This document shows, in pieces, positions 29,601-40,149 of a DNA stretch of 64,000 nucleotides (position 1 is its first letter; every line of letters starts with the position of its first letter). The position numbers were made by a program, and so were the translations under genes. Below the pieces are notes generated by a model. The model was given only the letters and a program-made list of their open reading frames with translations. It made no database searches and was not told the DNA's origin. The DNA is from an uncultured Chloroflexia bacterium. Its GTDB lineage: Bacteria; Chloroflexota; Anaerolineae; CG2-30-64-16. The DNA lies in contig CAVZDU010000003.1 of NCBI GenBank assembly GCA_963774265.1, forward strand, positions 553,561 through 617,560, written 5' to 3'.

Positions 29601-30197
29601 CTACTCTATCGTCCGCTCAGGGCCCTTGTCCCGCCATGCGTCGATGAACTTGCGGATGCGAGCCCCATCGAAGCTGTCCATCTTGTCCAGCCAACCCCAT
29701 GCGGTCAGCGCGAGGGCAGCGTCCTTGTTCTGCCGCGGGACGACGACCATCTTCCAGCCATCATACGAGTCGAAAATACCTCGAAGCTGTTGCTTCGTCG
29801 TCTCACAGTCCGCGAGCCGGCTGCAATCGTAGGCGATCACGATGTGGCCGTGTTCGAGATTGTGAACCAGCCTTTCATCCAATTGCGGAGTGTCGTAGAA
29901 GCCTGCGTCCAGTGGGTTGATATAGTGTGGGCCGGACGTCGGAGGGTCGGAGTTGTACGGGGGATGCGACTGTCCATCCGCGATATGGTCCGCGCCCTGG
30001 ATCGGGATGCGTTCGCCGGGCGCGCCGGCCAGCGCGACGTTCGACTGAACCAGCAGCACCAACGCAACGATGACGCCGATGGCTACAAGCGCCCCGCCCA
30101 CCCAGGTGAGGCTACGGTACAGCTTCTGATTTTGCCTTTTGGCCGCCGTCTTCATTGCTGGCACGTTTTTGGGCACTGTTGTACGACGTTTCGCCAT
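29601..30197 (-). CDS. DUF3105 domain membrane-anchored protein
   Basis: N-terminal TM helix, YNSDPPTSGPH, LVHNLEHG and ALTAWG. Confidence 0.85.
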   Translation of the reverse strand: MAKRRTTVPKNVPAMKTAAKRQNQKLYRSLTWVGGALVAIGVIVALVLLVQSNVALAGAPGERIPIQGADHIADGQSHPPYNSDPPTSGPHYINPLDAGFYDTPQLDERLVHNLEHGHIVIAYDCSRLADCETTKQQLRGIFDSYDGWKMVVVPRQNKDAALALTAWGWLDKMDSFDGARIRKFIDAWRDKGPERTIE

Positions 30198-30285
30198 GAC
30201 TCCTCCTGCTCGCTTTGATCACTGCGCTATTCGATCCAATCCGATAGCACCATCCGCTCCCCAGTTGGCTCAAAAAGGACTTTCT

Positions 30286-30381
30286 CTACTTTAAAAATAG
30301 GAATATGCGTAAATACTTTACCATCGCCCACCATTCCTCGTCTGTATACAATGATCCGAATTCGGGCATTCCGGCGTCCAT
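30286..30381 (-). pseudogene. Possible remnant of a c-type cytochrome C-terminus
   Basis: GMPEFGSLYTDEEWWAMVKYLRIF resembles the MPxF..L(S/T)D-E-W-(A/L)V-YL tail of class I cytochromes. No CxxCH upstream. Confidence 0.4.
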
Positions 30382-30521
30382 GCTGACGCGCTGGGACGCC
30401 GCGAGCGACACGTCCATTGGCGCCCCCCCACGCTTTGTAAGCGTCACAATGGACACGGCGCCTGAGGGACGCGACAATATCCCTAATCGTATCCAGCTAC
30501 GAAGTGAGTTCAGGAGCTTGA

Positions 30522-31181
30522 ATGCCCAATCCCATTCGCGTCCTACTTGCCGATGACCATGCGATTGTTCGCAAGGGGATCAGGGAGTTTCTCGAAGAAG
30601 ACCCCGATATCGCCATCGTGGCCGAGGCGACCAATGGGCAGGAGGCTCTGCGCCTGGCCGCCGAGCATCTGCCCGATGTAGCTGTGCTCGACATTCAGAT
30701 GCCCGTGATGAACGGCATCGACGCCACGACTCAGATAAAGGCTCAGCTTCCGGCAGTCCGCGTATTGGTGTTGACCGCCTATGAGGATGATCCCTACATC
30801 TTCGCGCTGCTACGCGCGGGCGCGGACGGGTACATCCTCAAGAATGCGGATGCAGATGAGATCGTCCGGGCAGTGAAGTCGGTCGCCGAGGGCGATAAGG
30901 TCCTGGATCCGGCCGTCGCGGCCAGGGTGATCGCTCAGATGACTACGGGCAAGCCGGCCGCAGCACACGAGCAGGTCGAGCCGCTCTCGGATCGCGAGCT
31001 GGACGTGCTGAGGCTGGCCGGCCAGGGCCTGACCAACAAGGCGATTGGCCATACCCTGAGCATTAGCGATCGCACGGTGCAGGGGCACCTGGCCAACATC
31101 TACGGCAAGCTCGGCGTCGCCTCGCGCACCGAGGCCGTCACTAAAGCCCTCAAGCTGGGTTGGATCGTCCTGGACAGGTAG
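30522..31181 (+). CDS. NarL/LuxR-family response regulator
   Basis: LADDHAIVR, LDIQMP, GYILK and HTH LSDRELDVL..TNKAI..RTVQGH. Confidence 0.96.
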   Translation: MPNPIRVLLADDHAIVRKGIREFLEEDPDIAIVAEATNGQEALRLAAEHLPDVAVLDIQMPVMNGIDATTQIKAQLPAVRVLVLTAYEDDPYIFALLRAGADGYILKNADADEIVRAVKSVAEGDKVLDPAVAARVIAQMTTGKPAAAHEQVEPLSDRELDVLRLAGQGLTNKAIGHTLSISDRTVQGHLANIYGKLGVASRTEAVTKALKLGWIVLDR

Positions 31182-31182
31182 T

Positions 31183-32907
31183 ATGACCCTTCCTGAGCGC
31201 TCGCCTACCGCCTCGTTGCCGTTCCTGCGCAGATTACGCGGTCTCCGCGTGCAGCTCCTCCTGTGGACGATCCTGCCGCTTGCCCTCGTGCTGATCGTCC
31301 TCTCGCTCGTCAGCATCTCGCGACACCGCCAGGCCATGACTCAACTTGTGGAGGATCGCGATCGCGGTCTGGCCCTTGCGGAGGCGAATCGACTTGCGCG
31401 TGAAATTGACAATCGAGCCGCCGCGCTGTCGCAAAGTGCTGCCGCGACAGACCTGCCCCCACTGCCGCCGGACCTGCTCGAATTCTTTCCCTCCGGCCTT
31501 GCCCTGTTGAAGGGCGATGGCCGCGTCGTGGAACGTCTTGGCGTCGACCACGGGTGGATCGATAGCGAAGAGGCTCAGGTGCTGGCTGCGCGGGCCCGAT
31601 CGATGGCTCAACCTCAATTCGAAAGCCACTTCGCCGCCGGCGAAGAGCCGCATCTGCTCGTCGGTGTTGCCGTAAAGGGTGATCGCGCCCTGCTCGGCGC
31701 AGTGCCCGCGGCCTTGCTTGGCCTGGTCGACAGTGGTAGCCTGATCCAAACGGAGACGCATGGCGCAGCGTTGGTCCTGGACGGCACCGGACGCATCCTG
31801 TTCGGCCTCGGCAATGACAGTCTGCATCTTTCCGGGATCGCCGACCTGCCGCCTGTCGACCCGGGCGGTGCAGGCGTCTCGCATTTGACGGGTGGAGAGC
31901 ACGACCTGCTGATCGCATACGCCCGCGTTGCTCCGACGGGGTGGACTCTTGCCATCGCCGAAGACGTTCACGCAATTGACACAATGGGTCTCAGCGTCGT
32001 CGAGCTTCTTCCGATGGTGCTCTTATTCATCGCCGTCTTGGCCCTACTGGCGCTTTCCTTTGGCGTCGCCAACGTCGTCCGGCCGCTTCAGGAGCTGGAC
32101 CGCCGGGCGCGTCGCGTGGCTTGGGGGGATTTCGATGCCGTAAATGCGCCAGTCGGCGGCGTTCAAGAGATGGATGAGTTGCGTGCAACTCTTGCGCAAA
32201 TGGCGGAGCGGATACGCGCATACCAGGCTGGGATGCGCGACTATCTGAGCGCCGTGACTCAGGCGCAGGAAGCGGAGCGCGAGCGCCTGGCGCACGATCT
32301 TCACGACGACACGGTCCAGGCGCTGATTGCACTCCGCCAGCGTGCACAGATGGCCCGTAAGTCGCTTGGGGGCGCCGCCCCGGATCCAGCCCGCGCCAGT
32401 GAGCGCCTTGACGAGCTGATGGGGTTGATCGACCAGGAACTTACCAATTTGCGACGGCTCATTGGCGATTTGCGGCCCATTTATCTCGAGGATTTGGGGT
32501 TTGTCCCTGCGTTGGAGATGCTGGTGCAGCAAACTGAGGCGCGGCACGGGCTGAGGGTGCAACTGCAGGTGGAGGGTGAAACGGTGCGGCTGGCGCCTGA
32601 CCTGGAGCTGGCCGCATACCGAATTGCGCAACAGGCTTTGGCCAATGCCGCGGTGCATGCTCGCGCGGAGAGCGCGACTGTCAGGGTGGTGTTCAGTGAA
32701 AACGAGTTGCTCCTGACCGTACAGGATGATGGTCGTGGTTTCGAACCGCCCGAACAACCGGCGGATCTGGCTCGCAACGGTCATTTCGGCTTGATGGGTA
32801 TGCGTGAACGAACGCTACTACATGGCGGTCGCCTGGCAATTGATTCAGCGCCGGATCACGGCGCAACGATCTCCGCGTGGCTGCCGATACCACAGGCGGC
32901 GCAGTAG
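31183..32907 (+). CDS. Membrane sensor histidine kinase (HAMP, HisKA_3, HATPase)
   Basis: Two TM helices, HAMP VVRPLQEL, H-box ERERLAHDLHD, DDGRGF and GHFGLMGMRER. Confidence 0.95.
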   Translation: MTLPERSPTASLPFLRRLRGLRVQLLLWTILPLALVLIVLSLVSISRHRQAMTQLVEDRDRGLALAEANRLAREIDNRAAALSQSAAATDLPPLPPDLLEFFPSGLALLKGDGRVVERLGVDHGWIDSEEAQVLAARARSMAQPQFESHFAAGEEPHLLVGVAVKGDRALLGAVPAALLGLVDSGSLIQTETHGAALVLDGTGRILFGLGNDSLHLSGIADLPPVDPGGAGVSHLTGGEHDLLIAYARVAPTGWTLAIAEDVHAIDTMGLSVVELLPMVLLFIAVLALLALSFGVANVVRPLQELDRRARRVAWGDFDAVNAPVGGVQEMDELRATLAQMAERIRAYQAGMRDYLSAVTQAQEAERERLAHDLHDDTVQALIALRQRAQMARKSLGGAAPDPARASERLDELMGLIDQELTNLRRLIGDLRPIYLEDLGFVPALEMLVQQTEARHGLRVQLQVEGETVRLAPDLELAAYRIAQQALANAAVHARAESATVRVVFSENELLLTVQDDGRGFEPPEQPADLARNGHFGLMGMRERTLLHGGRLAIDSAPDHGATISAWLPIPQAAQ

Positions 32908-32965
32908 CGACTACTGTCGCGACTGCGGTCGCTATCATATAGAAGATCCATTCAGGAGGCTCCCC

Positions 32966-33895
32966 ATGCAGAACGGAAAGAAGGTGGCAGTTGTTCTTAG
33001 TGGCGGCGGCATCCGAGGCCCGCTGCAAGTCGGCGCACTCGAATCGCTTCTCGAACACGGCATCCAGCCGGACATGTTCGTCGGCACATCCGCAGGCTCG
33101 CTCAATTCGGGCTTCCTCGCCGCACATGGCCCGATCTTGGACAGCATCCGTTACCTGAAGGATGCCTGGCGCTCGGCCACGCGCGATGTAGTCTATCCCG
33201 GCAATATCTTCACCATCGCTGGCCGACTGGTGTCGGGCGATGATGGACTCTTCCCCACGGACGGCATGCGCCGGCTGATCCAGAGCCACCTGCCGCCGGA
33301 CGTACGCACCTTCGGCCAGCTCAAGGCCGAGTGCTATTTGTCCGCGGTCGACCTCATCAGCCGCAAGCTGTTCGTCTTCGGTGATTTCCCGGAGGCGCCC
33401 CTGATCGAAGGCATGATGGCGTCGAGCGTCATCCCCGTGCTGCAGCCGCCGCTTATGTACGCCAGCAAGCAGCTCGTGGATGGCGGCGTGCTCGCGGAGG
33501 TGCCCTGCAGTATCGCCATGGATCGCGGGGCGCAGGTGATCTATGCGGTCAACCTTGGCGCGGGCGAAGAACCGGGTGCGCCGGTCAAGGGGCTCTTCAA
33601 TATCTTCATGCGCACCGTGGAAACGTGGTTAGTGCAGACTCTCTACACGGATCTGCGACGCGCGAGGATGGATCCTGCGATCGAGTTGCACCATATTCAG
33701 ATCTGTGCGTTTGCGGATCTGCCCTTTAATGACTTCGATCACATCGAAGAGCAGTTCGAGGCTGGCAAGCAGACCATGGATCTGTATCTGTCCGCGCCGC
33801 AGCCGCGTGACGTGTTCATGCCAGAAAGTGCGGAGATGCCACAGCTTGAGGAAGTTGGCGGAATGCGGGAGTTTGTCCTGCCGCAGTCCCGGTAA
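32966..33895 (+). CDS. Patatin-like phospholipase
   Basis: LSGGGIRG, GTSAG nucleophile and LVDGG. RBS AGGAGG. Confidence 0.93.
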   Translation: MQNGKKVAVVLSGGGIRGPLQVGALESLLEHGIQPDMFVGTSAGSLNSGFLAAHGPILDSIRYLKDAWRSATRDVVYPGNIFTIAGRLVSGDDGLFPTDGMRRLIQSHLPPDVRTFGQLKAECYLSAVDLISRKLFVFGDFPEAPLIEGMMASSVIPVLQPPLMYASKQLVDGGVLAEVPCSIAMDRGAQVIYAVNLGAGEEPGAPVKGLFNIFMRTVETWLVQTLYTDLRRARMDPAIELHHIQICAFADLPFNDFDHIEEQFEAGKQTMDLYLSAPQPRDVFMPESAEMPQLEEVGGMREFVLPQSR

Positions 33896-33907
33896 GGCGT
33901 CGCCATT

Positions 33908-33942
33908 CACCACAGTCCCGCGATCTGCGGGGCTGTGGTGAT
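33908..33942. terminator. Hairpin between convergent genes
   Basis: TCACCACAGTCCCGC...GCGGGGCTGTGGTGA inverted repeat. Confidence 0.55.
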
Positions 33943-33951
33943 TTCGTCACC

Positions 33952-34665
33952 CTAGACCGAGATATCGCGCACGAGCGCGGGGAGTGCCCCGAGCCGCTCG
34001 ATTTCGCGGAAGCGGGCAGAAAGAGCCGGCGGCATTTCGGCGTGTTCGTACGACCATAGGATGCGATGGGGAACAAACACGCCCCAGCCGCCCAGCCGCA
34101 GCACCGGTATGATGTCGGACTTGAGTGAATTTCCCACCATCAGCACACGCGCCGGATCAAACCCGTGCTTGGCGAACAACTTCTCATACACTTCATCCGT
34201 TTTGTCGGTGACGATTTCGACGTATTGGAAATACTTCGCCAGCCCAGAGCGCTCCAGTTTGGATGCCTGGTGCCCCAGATCGCCCTTTGTGATGATCATG
34301 AGAGGGAACTCGGTCGCAAGCGCTGCAACCGCTTCCTCGACGCCATCGAGCAGGTGGACCTCTGCCGCGAGCATGTCCTTTCCCGTCGCAAGCAGGGCCG
34401 CAACTTGATCTGAGGTCACCTGGCCGCGGCTGAGATGGATAGCCCCTTCGATCATGGAAAGGACGAAGGCTTTCACGCCATAGCCATAGAGGGGCAGGTT
34501 GCGGATTTCCCTCTCGTGCAGTGCGGCGAGGGCGTCGTCAGAACCCGCATACGCGGCCATGAGCTGGCTGAAGCGCTCCTGAGCGGCCGCGTAGAGGTTC
34601 TCGCTGTGCCAGAGCGTGTCATCAGCGTCAAACGCAATGAGTTCGATAGCCTGCTTCTCGCTCAC
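33952..34665 (-). CDS. HAD-superfamily hydrolase
   Basis: IAFDADDTLW, ITKGD and MVGNSLKSDI. GTG start with GGAGGA RBS. Confidence 0.92.
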   Translation of the reverse strand: MSEKQAIELIAFDADDTLWHSENLYAAAQERFSQLMAAYAGSDDALAALHEREIRNLPLYGYGVKAFVLSMIEGAIHLSRGQVTSDQVAALLATGKDMLAAEVHLLDGVEEAVAALATEFPLMIITKGDLGHQASKLERSGLAKYFQYVEIVTDKTDEVYEKLFAKHGFDPARVLMVGNSLKSDIIPVLRLGGWGVFVPHRILWSYEHAEMPPALSARFREIERLGALPALVRDISV

Positions 34666-34690
34666 GCTGGGTCCTCCCACATCTGGCAAC

Positions 34691-36522
34691 TCAACTGATC
34701 CAGATCGTGCCCGTGGTCCCGGTAATCTTCCAGACGCCATCCTGGCGCTCCAGCACGTAGGTCTGCCCGCCGGCAGCCAGCATACCCACGTAGATGCTTG
34801 ATGCGACCTGGACCGTGCCATCCGGCTGCGAGCGGACGTTGCCGACGGTGACGATCGCACCGTTGCCTTCAACGACGTTGTTCTCGCCGCGCGGTGCTTC
34901 GCCCGCGGTGGCGATCCACTTGAACTGGGATGGCAGGTCCGTGAGCGCCGCCACGACACCCTGCTGGACCGGCGCGGGTACGGAGCGAGCCGTGCTGGAG
35001 TAGGGGATCGCGCCTGTCTCGGTGTCATCCACGGCCAACAGATACACGGTCGCAAAGTTACCCTGACCACCGTAGGTGTCGTCAACCGTATAGACCTGCC
35101 GGACGACCGCCGCCAGGATGCCGGTCTCGTCGACGGGCGCTTCGCCGGTGGAGCCGGCTGGAGTGACGGGTCGCGTAAGCGTGGCATCGGCCGATACCCA
35201 ACAGTGGCCCACCGTGCCATCCGGGCAGATCACGCGCCACCACGTGCTGCCACGGTTCACGCCAGTGACGAGTGCCTGCTGTCCGGCCGCAATCTTTTCG
35301 ATCACCTCGAACTCCTCGTTCGGTCCCTGGCGGAGGTTGACCTCTGCGAGCGTGTCGATGGACTGCACCGGCGTCGCCTCAGCCCACTGTGCGAGCAAAT
35401 CTGAGACGAACTGGACCAGGGCAGCCTTATCTGCCTCGGACCCTTCGCCCGTGCCGCGGCCTGCGAGCAATCCGCGGACCGTCATCGCATCTGCCACGGC
35501 CGCATCCGTTTGCTCGAACTCCAATTGACCCAGTTGGTCGATCCAACCGTAGAAAGTGGTCAGCTCCTCGCTCGTCAGCCGTCGCCAGCTCGGGGCCGTG
35601 TCTGTGGCGTCCTTGCAGGAACGCAACGTTGCATGCCCGCTCAGTTCAACGGTGAGGTCATCACAGAAACCAGCGATGCCGCCTTCCCGATGCCAGGCCA
35701 GACCATACCCCGCGACTCCCGGACCTGTCTTGACCTCCTGCGCAACGAGGTTTGCCCATTCGGCGATCATCCGTTGCTCGACGGGCGTTGCCTCGATGGG
35801 GCCTTTCCCGACAAAGGTCACCTTGCCGGCCGGCGTGCTTGCGCCGAAAGAGCTGTAGATCCGTTGCATATCCGTGAGTTGTTCCACCCGGTTGGCATCC
35901 CCCGGGAACTGGCCGGAAGCCATCTCCTCGCCGCACGCGCCGAACGTCACGCCGTTCAGATCGATGTGTGCATTGAAGCAACCACCCTCATCGCTCTGCA
36001 ACCCGATTACCGGGATCGCGGCCGGCTGGTCCGTGCTCGGTACGGCGGGGGTCGCAGCATCACCCGTTCCCTCAGGGGCCAGTACAACCTGGCGGCCGGC
36101 CAGATCCGACCGGTATTCGTATTGTTTGCCGTTGGCTTCGAGGATGATTTGATAGCCTGGCACGATCGCATCGGTGCACATCATGCCTGGCGTCTCGATG
36201 CCCAGGCAGCCATTCGGCCAATCGACCTGTTCCACAGACACCACGTGGATATCTTCGAGTTTTACGCCTAGCTCTTGGGCAAGCGCTTGCCGTGCGGCAT
36301 CGACATGCGCGGCGTTGCCTGCCGGTGGCGCTTCTGTTGCGGGTGGAACGGGCGCCGGGGTGATCTCCCCCCCGGCGGTGAAGCGGTCTCGCCGGTCGCG
36401 GGTGCGCCGCCCAGGATGGGGGGGGGCAGGTTCGCGCAAGCCGACATCGCAACGGCTGCGACTATCAGGATGGATATCAACGCAGTGCGCGTGATGAGAT
36501 GTTGCTTATGCATATCGGTCAT
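34691..36522 (-). CDS. Multidomain lipoprotein with SH3b-like domain (frameshift in a G-run near 36370)
   Basis: MSAC lipobox, WPNGCLG..CTDAIVPGY..YEYR domain, and VNLRQGP..WWRV..CWVSA SH3-like segment. Confidence 0.75.
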
Positions 36523-36583
36523 CCTCCTTCGGTTTGACAACAATCGTTAAGACGCAACCGATACACCCTCAGTTCCGCGAGTG

Positions 36584-38182
36584 TTACTTCTGGATTTCCA
36601 CGATCACGCCTTCCTCCGCCCAGTCATAGAGCATCTTGGCGTTCTCGCTGCTGATCAGGATGCACCCGTACGTGACGCGTCGCCCCAGGTTTTTGGTCCA
36701 GAGCAACTGCCGCCGGTCGCGGCTCGGGAAGCCGTGAAAACCGTTCATGAACTCCTGTCCGGGCACTGGTCGGTAGATGCCCATGAACCAGGGCATGTAC
36801 AGGTCCCAGTTTGCGGCATAGGCCATTTCCTCGTGAGTTTGGACTTGGAATACGCCCGGCGACGTAGGGCTTGAGTCGATCCCGGTGCTGGCTTTCCAAT
36901 CCCACTTGAGTTGGCCGTCTTCGAAGGCCTTCGTGGTTTGATTTGTTATGCTGACGACGATGCGCTTGTCTTCGATGACAGGCAGTGGCGTCAATACATC
37001 AGGTGACGGAATTTTAATGTGATCACCGACCAGGAGCATGTCAGCACCCGGATTGGCCAGCATCAGATAGGGGTAGGGGAAACCGTAGTCATAAGCAATG
37101 CTCGAAAGCGTTTCACCGGACCGCACGACATGTTCGCGTTCGCCGTGGCTCACCGTCAGTTTGACCGCAACCTGCTGCTGCCGAAATGCATCGGCGAGAG
37201 CGGGTGCAGCGACGTCTGGGTCGACATAACGTTCATCGCCGAAGGTGGCATTACGGTTCGCCAGGTATTCGCGCACCCGCGTCTCATCCACTGACCACGC
37301 CAGATTCTTCTGACCCGTCTTTTCGTCCTGCCCCTCGCCGATGCCCACCCAAAGGCCCATGTCCGCGGGTTGCACCGTCCACTCTACGCGCTCGTTGCGA
37401 ATTGGGTCAAAAAGGTCGACGGTGATCGAGTCAGCTAGCAGGGGGGTGATCTCAGCGACAAGGCTGGAGACATCGCCGATGGCCGGCGATTGGTCGACGA
37501 CCGGCAAAGTGAACCGGAGCGACAGGTTCTGCGACCGTGCCAGGGCCACCTCCCAGGGATGCGATTCGAGCGTGGTCAGCAGCGCACCCACATCCAGGAC
37601 GCGACCGGTCTCCGCGGGCGTCGTCTGGACGTGGCCGTCGACCACAGTGACTCCGGCGTTTCGCACCGGAATGTCGATCTGCCCCGCGAGGGTGCGAACG
37701 GTTTCGGTGGCCAGGTCGCGGTCGAAGTGCCAGGTGGGGGTGATTTCAGTTGGTTCGGTGTCGATCGCGAAGAGCCCCGAGGATGCCAGGATGCGCCGAG
37801 CCGTGGGCAGCAGCGAGCTGACGCCGGGCTCTCCGCGTCCCTGCTTGTATGCGTCTTCTGCCACAGCTTCGGCATCGAGGATCACGCCCACCTGCTCGGG
37901 TGACAGCGTCCAGCTTCGTTCACGACCTTCGAGGATGATCTTGCGGGTCTGCCATTCATCCCTGAGGATTTGGGCGGCCTCAGAACGGGTGCGCCCCCCA
38001 AGATCCTGGCCGAGGGCGCTGACGCCTGACAGAATCACCTCGCCCTGGTATATGTTGGCTAGTGAGAGAACCAACACAGCGATCAGCGCCAGGATCAGGA
38101 ACCAGAAAATCACGAACACCCAGGGTGCGATGCTGCGGCGCGGCTGCTGGACCGATGGCGTGGATGTGTTTGTTGTACTCAT
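36584..38182 (-). CDS. L,D-transpeptidase with PG_binding_4 and LysM domains
   Basis: N-terminal TM helix, LysM HVVRSGETLSSIA, and YkuD motifs GFHG..LGRRVTYGCI. Confidence 0.9.
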   Translation of the reverse strand: MSTTNTSTPSVQQPRRSIAPWVFVIFWFLILALIAVLVLSLANIYQGEVILSGVSALGQDLGGRTRSEAAQILRDEWQTRKIILEGRERSWTLSPEQVGVILDAEAVAEDAYKQGRGEPGVSSLLPTARRILASSGLFAIDTEPTEITPTWHFDRDLATETVRTLAGQIDIPVRNAGVTVVDGHVQTTPAETGRVLDVGALLTTLESHPWEVALARSQNLSLRFTLPVVDQSPAIGDVSSLVAEITPLLADSITVDLFDPIRNERVEWTVQPADMGLWVGIGEGQDEKTGQKNLAWSVDETRVREYLANRNATFGDERYVDPDVAAPALADAFRQQQVAVKLTVSHGEREHVVRSGETLSSIAYDYGFPYPYLMLANPGADMLLVGDHIKIPSPDVLTPLPVIEDKRIVVSITNQTTKAFEDGQLKWDWKASTGIDSSPTSPGVFQVQTHEEMAYAANWDLYMPWFMGIYRPVPGQEFMNGFHGFPSRDRRQLLWTKNLGRRVTYGCILISSENAKMLYDWAEEGVIVEIQK

Positions 38183-38325
38183 GGCGCCTACCACAAATGT
38201 GATGGGAATGGGAAACTACGCGCTGACAAGTTTGGCGCAGTATACCCTCATGACGCCGATCGCACAATATTTGCTCCACGCGCGTGACATAATTTTTGAC
38301 GCGGTGTTTTCTGGTAATTGAAGGC

Positions 38326-38367
38326 AAAACGAAAAGGGGGACATCGCGCAATCGCGCGATGCCCCCC
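38326..38367 (-). terminator. Intrinsic terminator
   Basis: GC stem GGGGGGCATCGCGC/GCGCGATGTCCCCC followed by TTTTCGTTTT. Confidence 0.7.
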
Positions 38368-38395
38368 TGCTGGGCAAACGCCGTATAAGCTCGGA

Positions 38396-38800
38396 CTAGT
38401 GTGCCGATGTTGTGAGGTATTGGGCCCGCTTGACCCAGCCATTCACCATAGCCGGCGCCGGGATGCGGCCCACAAGATTTTTCTCGTCGTTGACCTTGTT
38501 CAATCGCTCCCGAAGTTCATCAGGTGAGATACTGGCGAGATCGCGGGCGCTATTCACGCCGACTTCCTCGAGTAATGCTATGTACGCGTCACCGATGCCG
38601 CGGATGCGCTCGAGGTCTGCACGGTGCGACATCTTGGCCAGGTAATTGCGGTCGACGCCAGTGACCTTGGCCAACTCGCTCAACTCGGTCGCGGATCCGC
38701 AAGCGGTCAATAAATCATCGGTGTATTTGATCCCGCGCGCTTTCAACTTCGTCTCAGCCTCGTCAACCATGCCAAAGAGCTTGTTCAGCATCATGCTCAT
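38396..38800 (-). CDS. DUF4332 (helix-hairpin-helix) protein
   Basis: KLKARGI..DLL and ADLERIRGIG..YIALLEEVGV..LA..P..V..WV. Confidence 0.82.
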   Translation of the reverse strand: MSMMLNKLFGMVDEAETKLKARGIKYTDDLLTACGSATELSELAKVTGVDRNYLAKMSHRADLERIRGIGDAYIALLEEVGVNSARDLASISPDELRERLNKVNDEKNLVGRIPAPAMVNGWVKRAQYLTTSAH

Positions 38801-39027
38801 GGGATTATCCTCCTCCAGCCTGTCTTGATCGTATTTCACCGAGGATCAATAAAAACGTTTCTTTCTGGCAGTCTAGCCCTCAGGCCTTCATAACCGAATA
38901 ATAGCGTGTCCGAATGAAACCGCGATGAAATCCATCACAAGATAAATTAACTTTCTTTCAGACGAAGCAACATAGCCAGCGTGATTCGGGGGAGGGGCGC
39001 GGGGAGCTCATCGATTCGTGAAGGCGC

Positions 39028-39063
39028 AAAAAACCCGCCGTCTCCAGCGACTGGGACGGCGGG
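39028..39063 (-). terminator. Intrinsic terminator closing the sugar island
   Basis: CCCGCCGTC..GACGGCGGG followed by TTTTTT. Confidence 0.8.
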
Positions 39064-39102
39064 ATCCATGTGGGCGCGAGCTGCAGGTGTCTGAGGTTCG
39101 CT

Positions 39103-40136
39103 TTATTCGCGCGTGAGATGACTCAGAATGAGCCAGTCCAATTCCTCGTAGTCGCGAGCAGTGACGAGAGCTTGCACCTGGGCGCGATCGAGAGAGCGGC
39201 TCAGCTTCACCAGCTGCAGGAACATGGCCAGGGAGTTGCGAAGGTGCTTGGTAGCCAGCCCGGCCGGCTGGGTGCGCAGCGCCTTGACGTCCAGGCCCAC
39301 CATGCCGACTTCCCAGAAGCGATTTTCGTCGAGCACGCGCACCTGGTTAAAGGCCCGGCGGATGTCCACTGCACCAAACGAGCGGTCCTGATCGAACTTC
39401 AGGCCGTTCTGATCGTTGAGATGCACGCTCCATAGTTTGCCGAAGGCCATGGCAAACCCGATCTCGTCCGCCGGGTCCAGGCCGGCAAGAATAGAGTGCG
39501 CCGATTCCATTAGTACGCCGACACGCTTCGGTTCGCTGGCCAGCAGCCCTAAGGCAAGCGCATGACCCATCGTAGGGATGTAGGCGAGGTCCATCGGCTC
39601 GTTTGGTTTCGGCTCGATCGCGATGCGCAGATCCTTGTCATAGGCCAACAGTCTGTTGATGGCGTCAAGCAGATAATGCGCCGATTGCCAACGTCTTTCG
39701 ATTCGCGCATGTAGGTGCCTTCGCGCGCCAGCCACAGAACCATGAGAGTGCAGCCCAGCTCGCGTGCGATATCGGCTGCTATCTTTGACCGGTCCAACGC
39801 GTACTTGCGTTCTGCAGGAGAGTTGGAAGTGAAGCCACCGTCGATCGTCCTGGGGCTCTCCCACAGGCGGGGCGCCACAAACTCGGCCACGAGTCCGTGG
39901 TCCTCCAGCATATGGCGCATCTGCGATGCGGTGCGGCCGATCTGCGCGGGGGTCAGCTCATCCAGGTTCGGCACCGCGTCGTCATCGTGGAACTGCACCG
40001 CATCGAAGCCCAGCTCTTTGTAGAGAGGCAGCTTCTGGGCGAAGGTCAACGAGGGCCGTACTACCGGTCCAAACGGATCCGCGCCTTCATGGATGTTCCA
40101 GGGTCCGAAGGAGAATCGGTAGCCATATTTTTCCAT
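39103..40136 (-). CDS. Xylose-isomerase-like TIM-barrel isomerase (frameshift near 39685)
   Basis: FSFGPW..GADPFGP, QFHDDD, DGGFTS, LWLAREG, IEPKPNEP, HLNDQNGLKFDQD and LDVKALR. Confidence 0.85.
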
Positions 40137-40149
40137 GTATTCCTCCACC

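Noticed and set aside
32899-32935. 12-bp periodic GCAGTAGCGACT/ACTGTCGCGACT/GCGGTCGCTA run
   Set aside because: Only about three degenerate units overlapping a stop codon; too short to assign a function.
32966-33895. Patatin as CBASS or other defence effector
   Set aside because: No CD-NTase or other defence gene nearby; ordinary stand-alone context.
33952-35220. 422-aa HAD ORF with long N-terminal extension
   Set aside because: The extension overlaps the upstream lipoprotein in another frame. The real start is GTG 34665 with a GGAGGA RBS.
39103-40136. Naming this gene xylA
   Set aside because: It has the xylose-isomerase fold and motifs but is short and divergent, with no xylB in view, so the substrate is uncertain.
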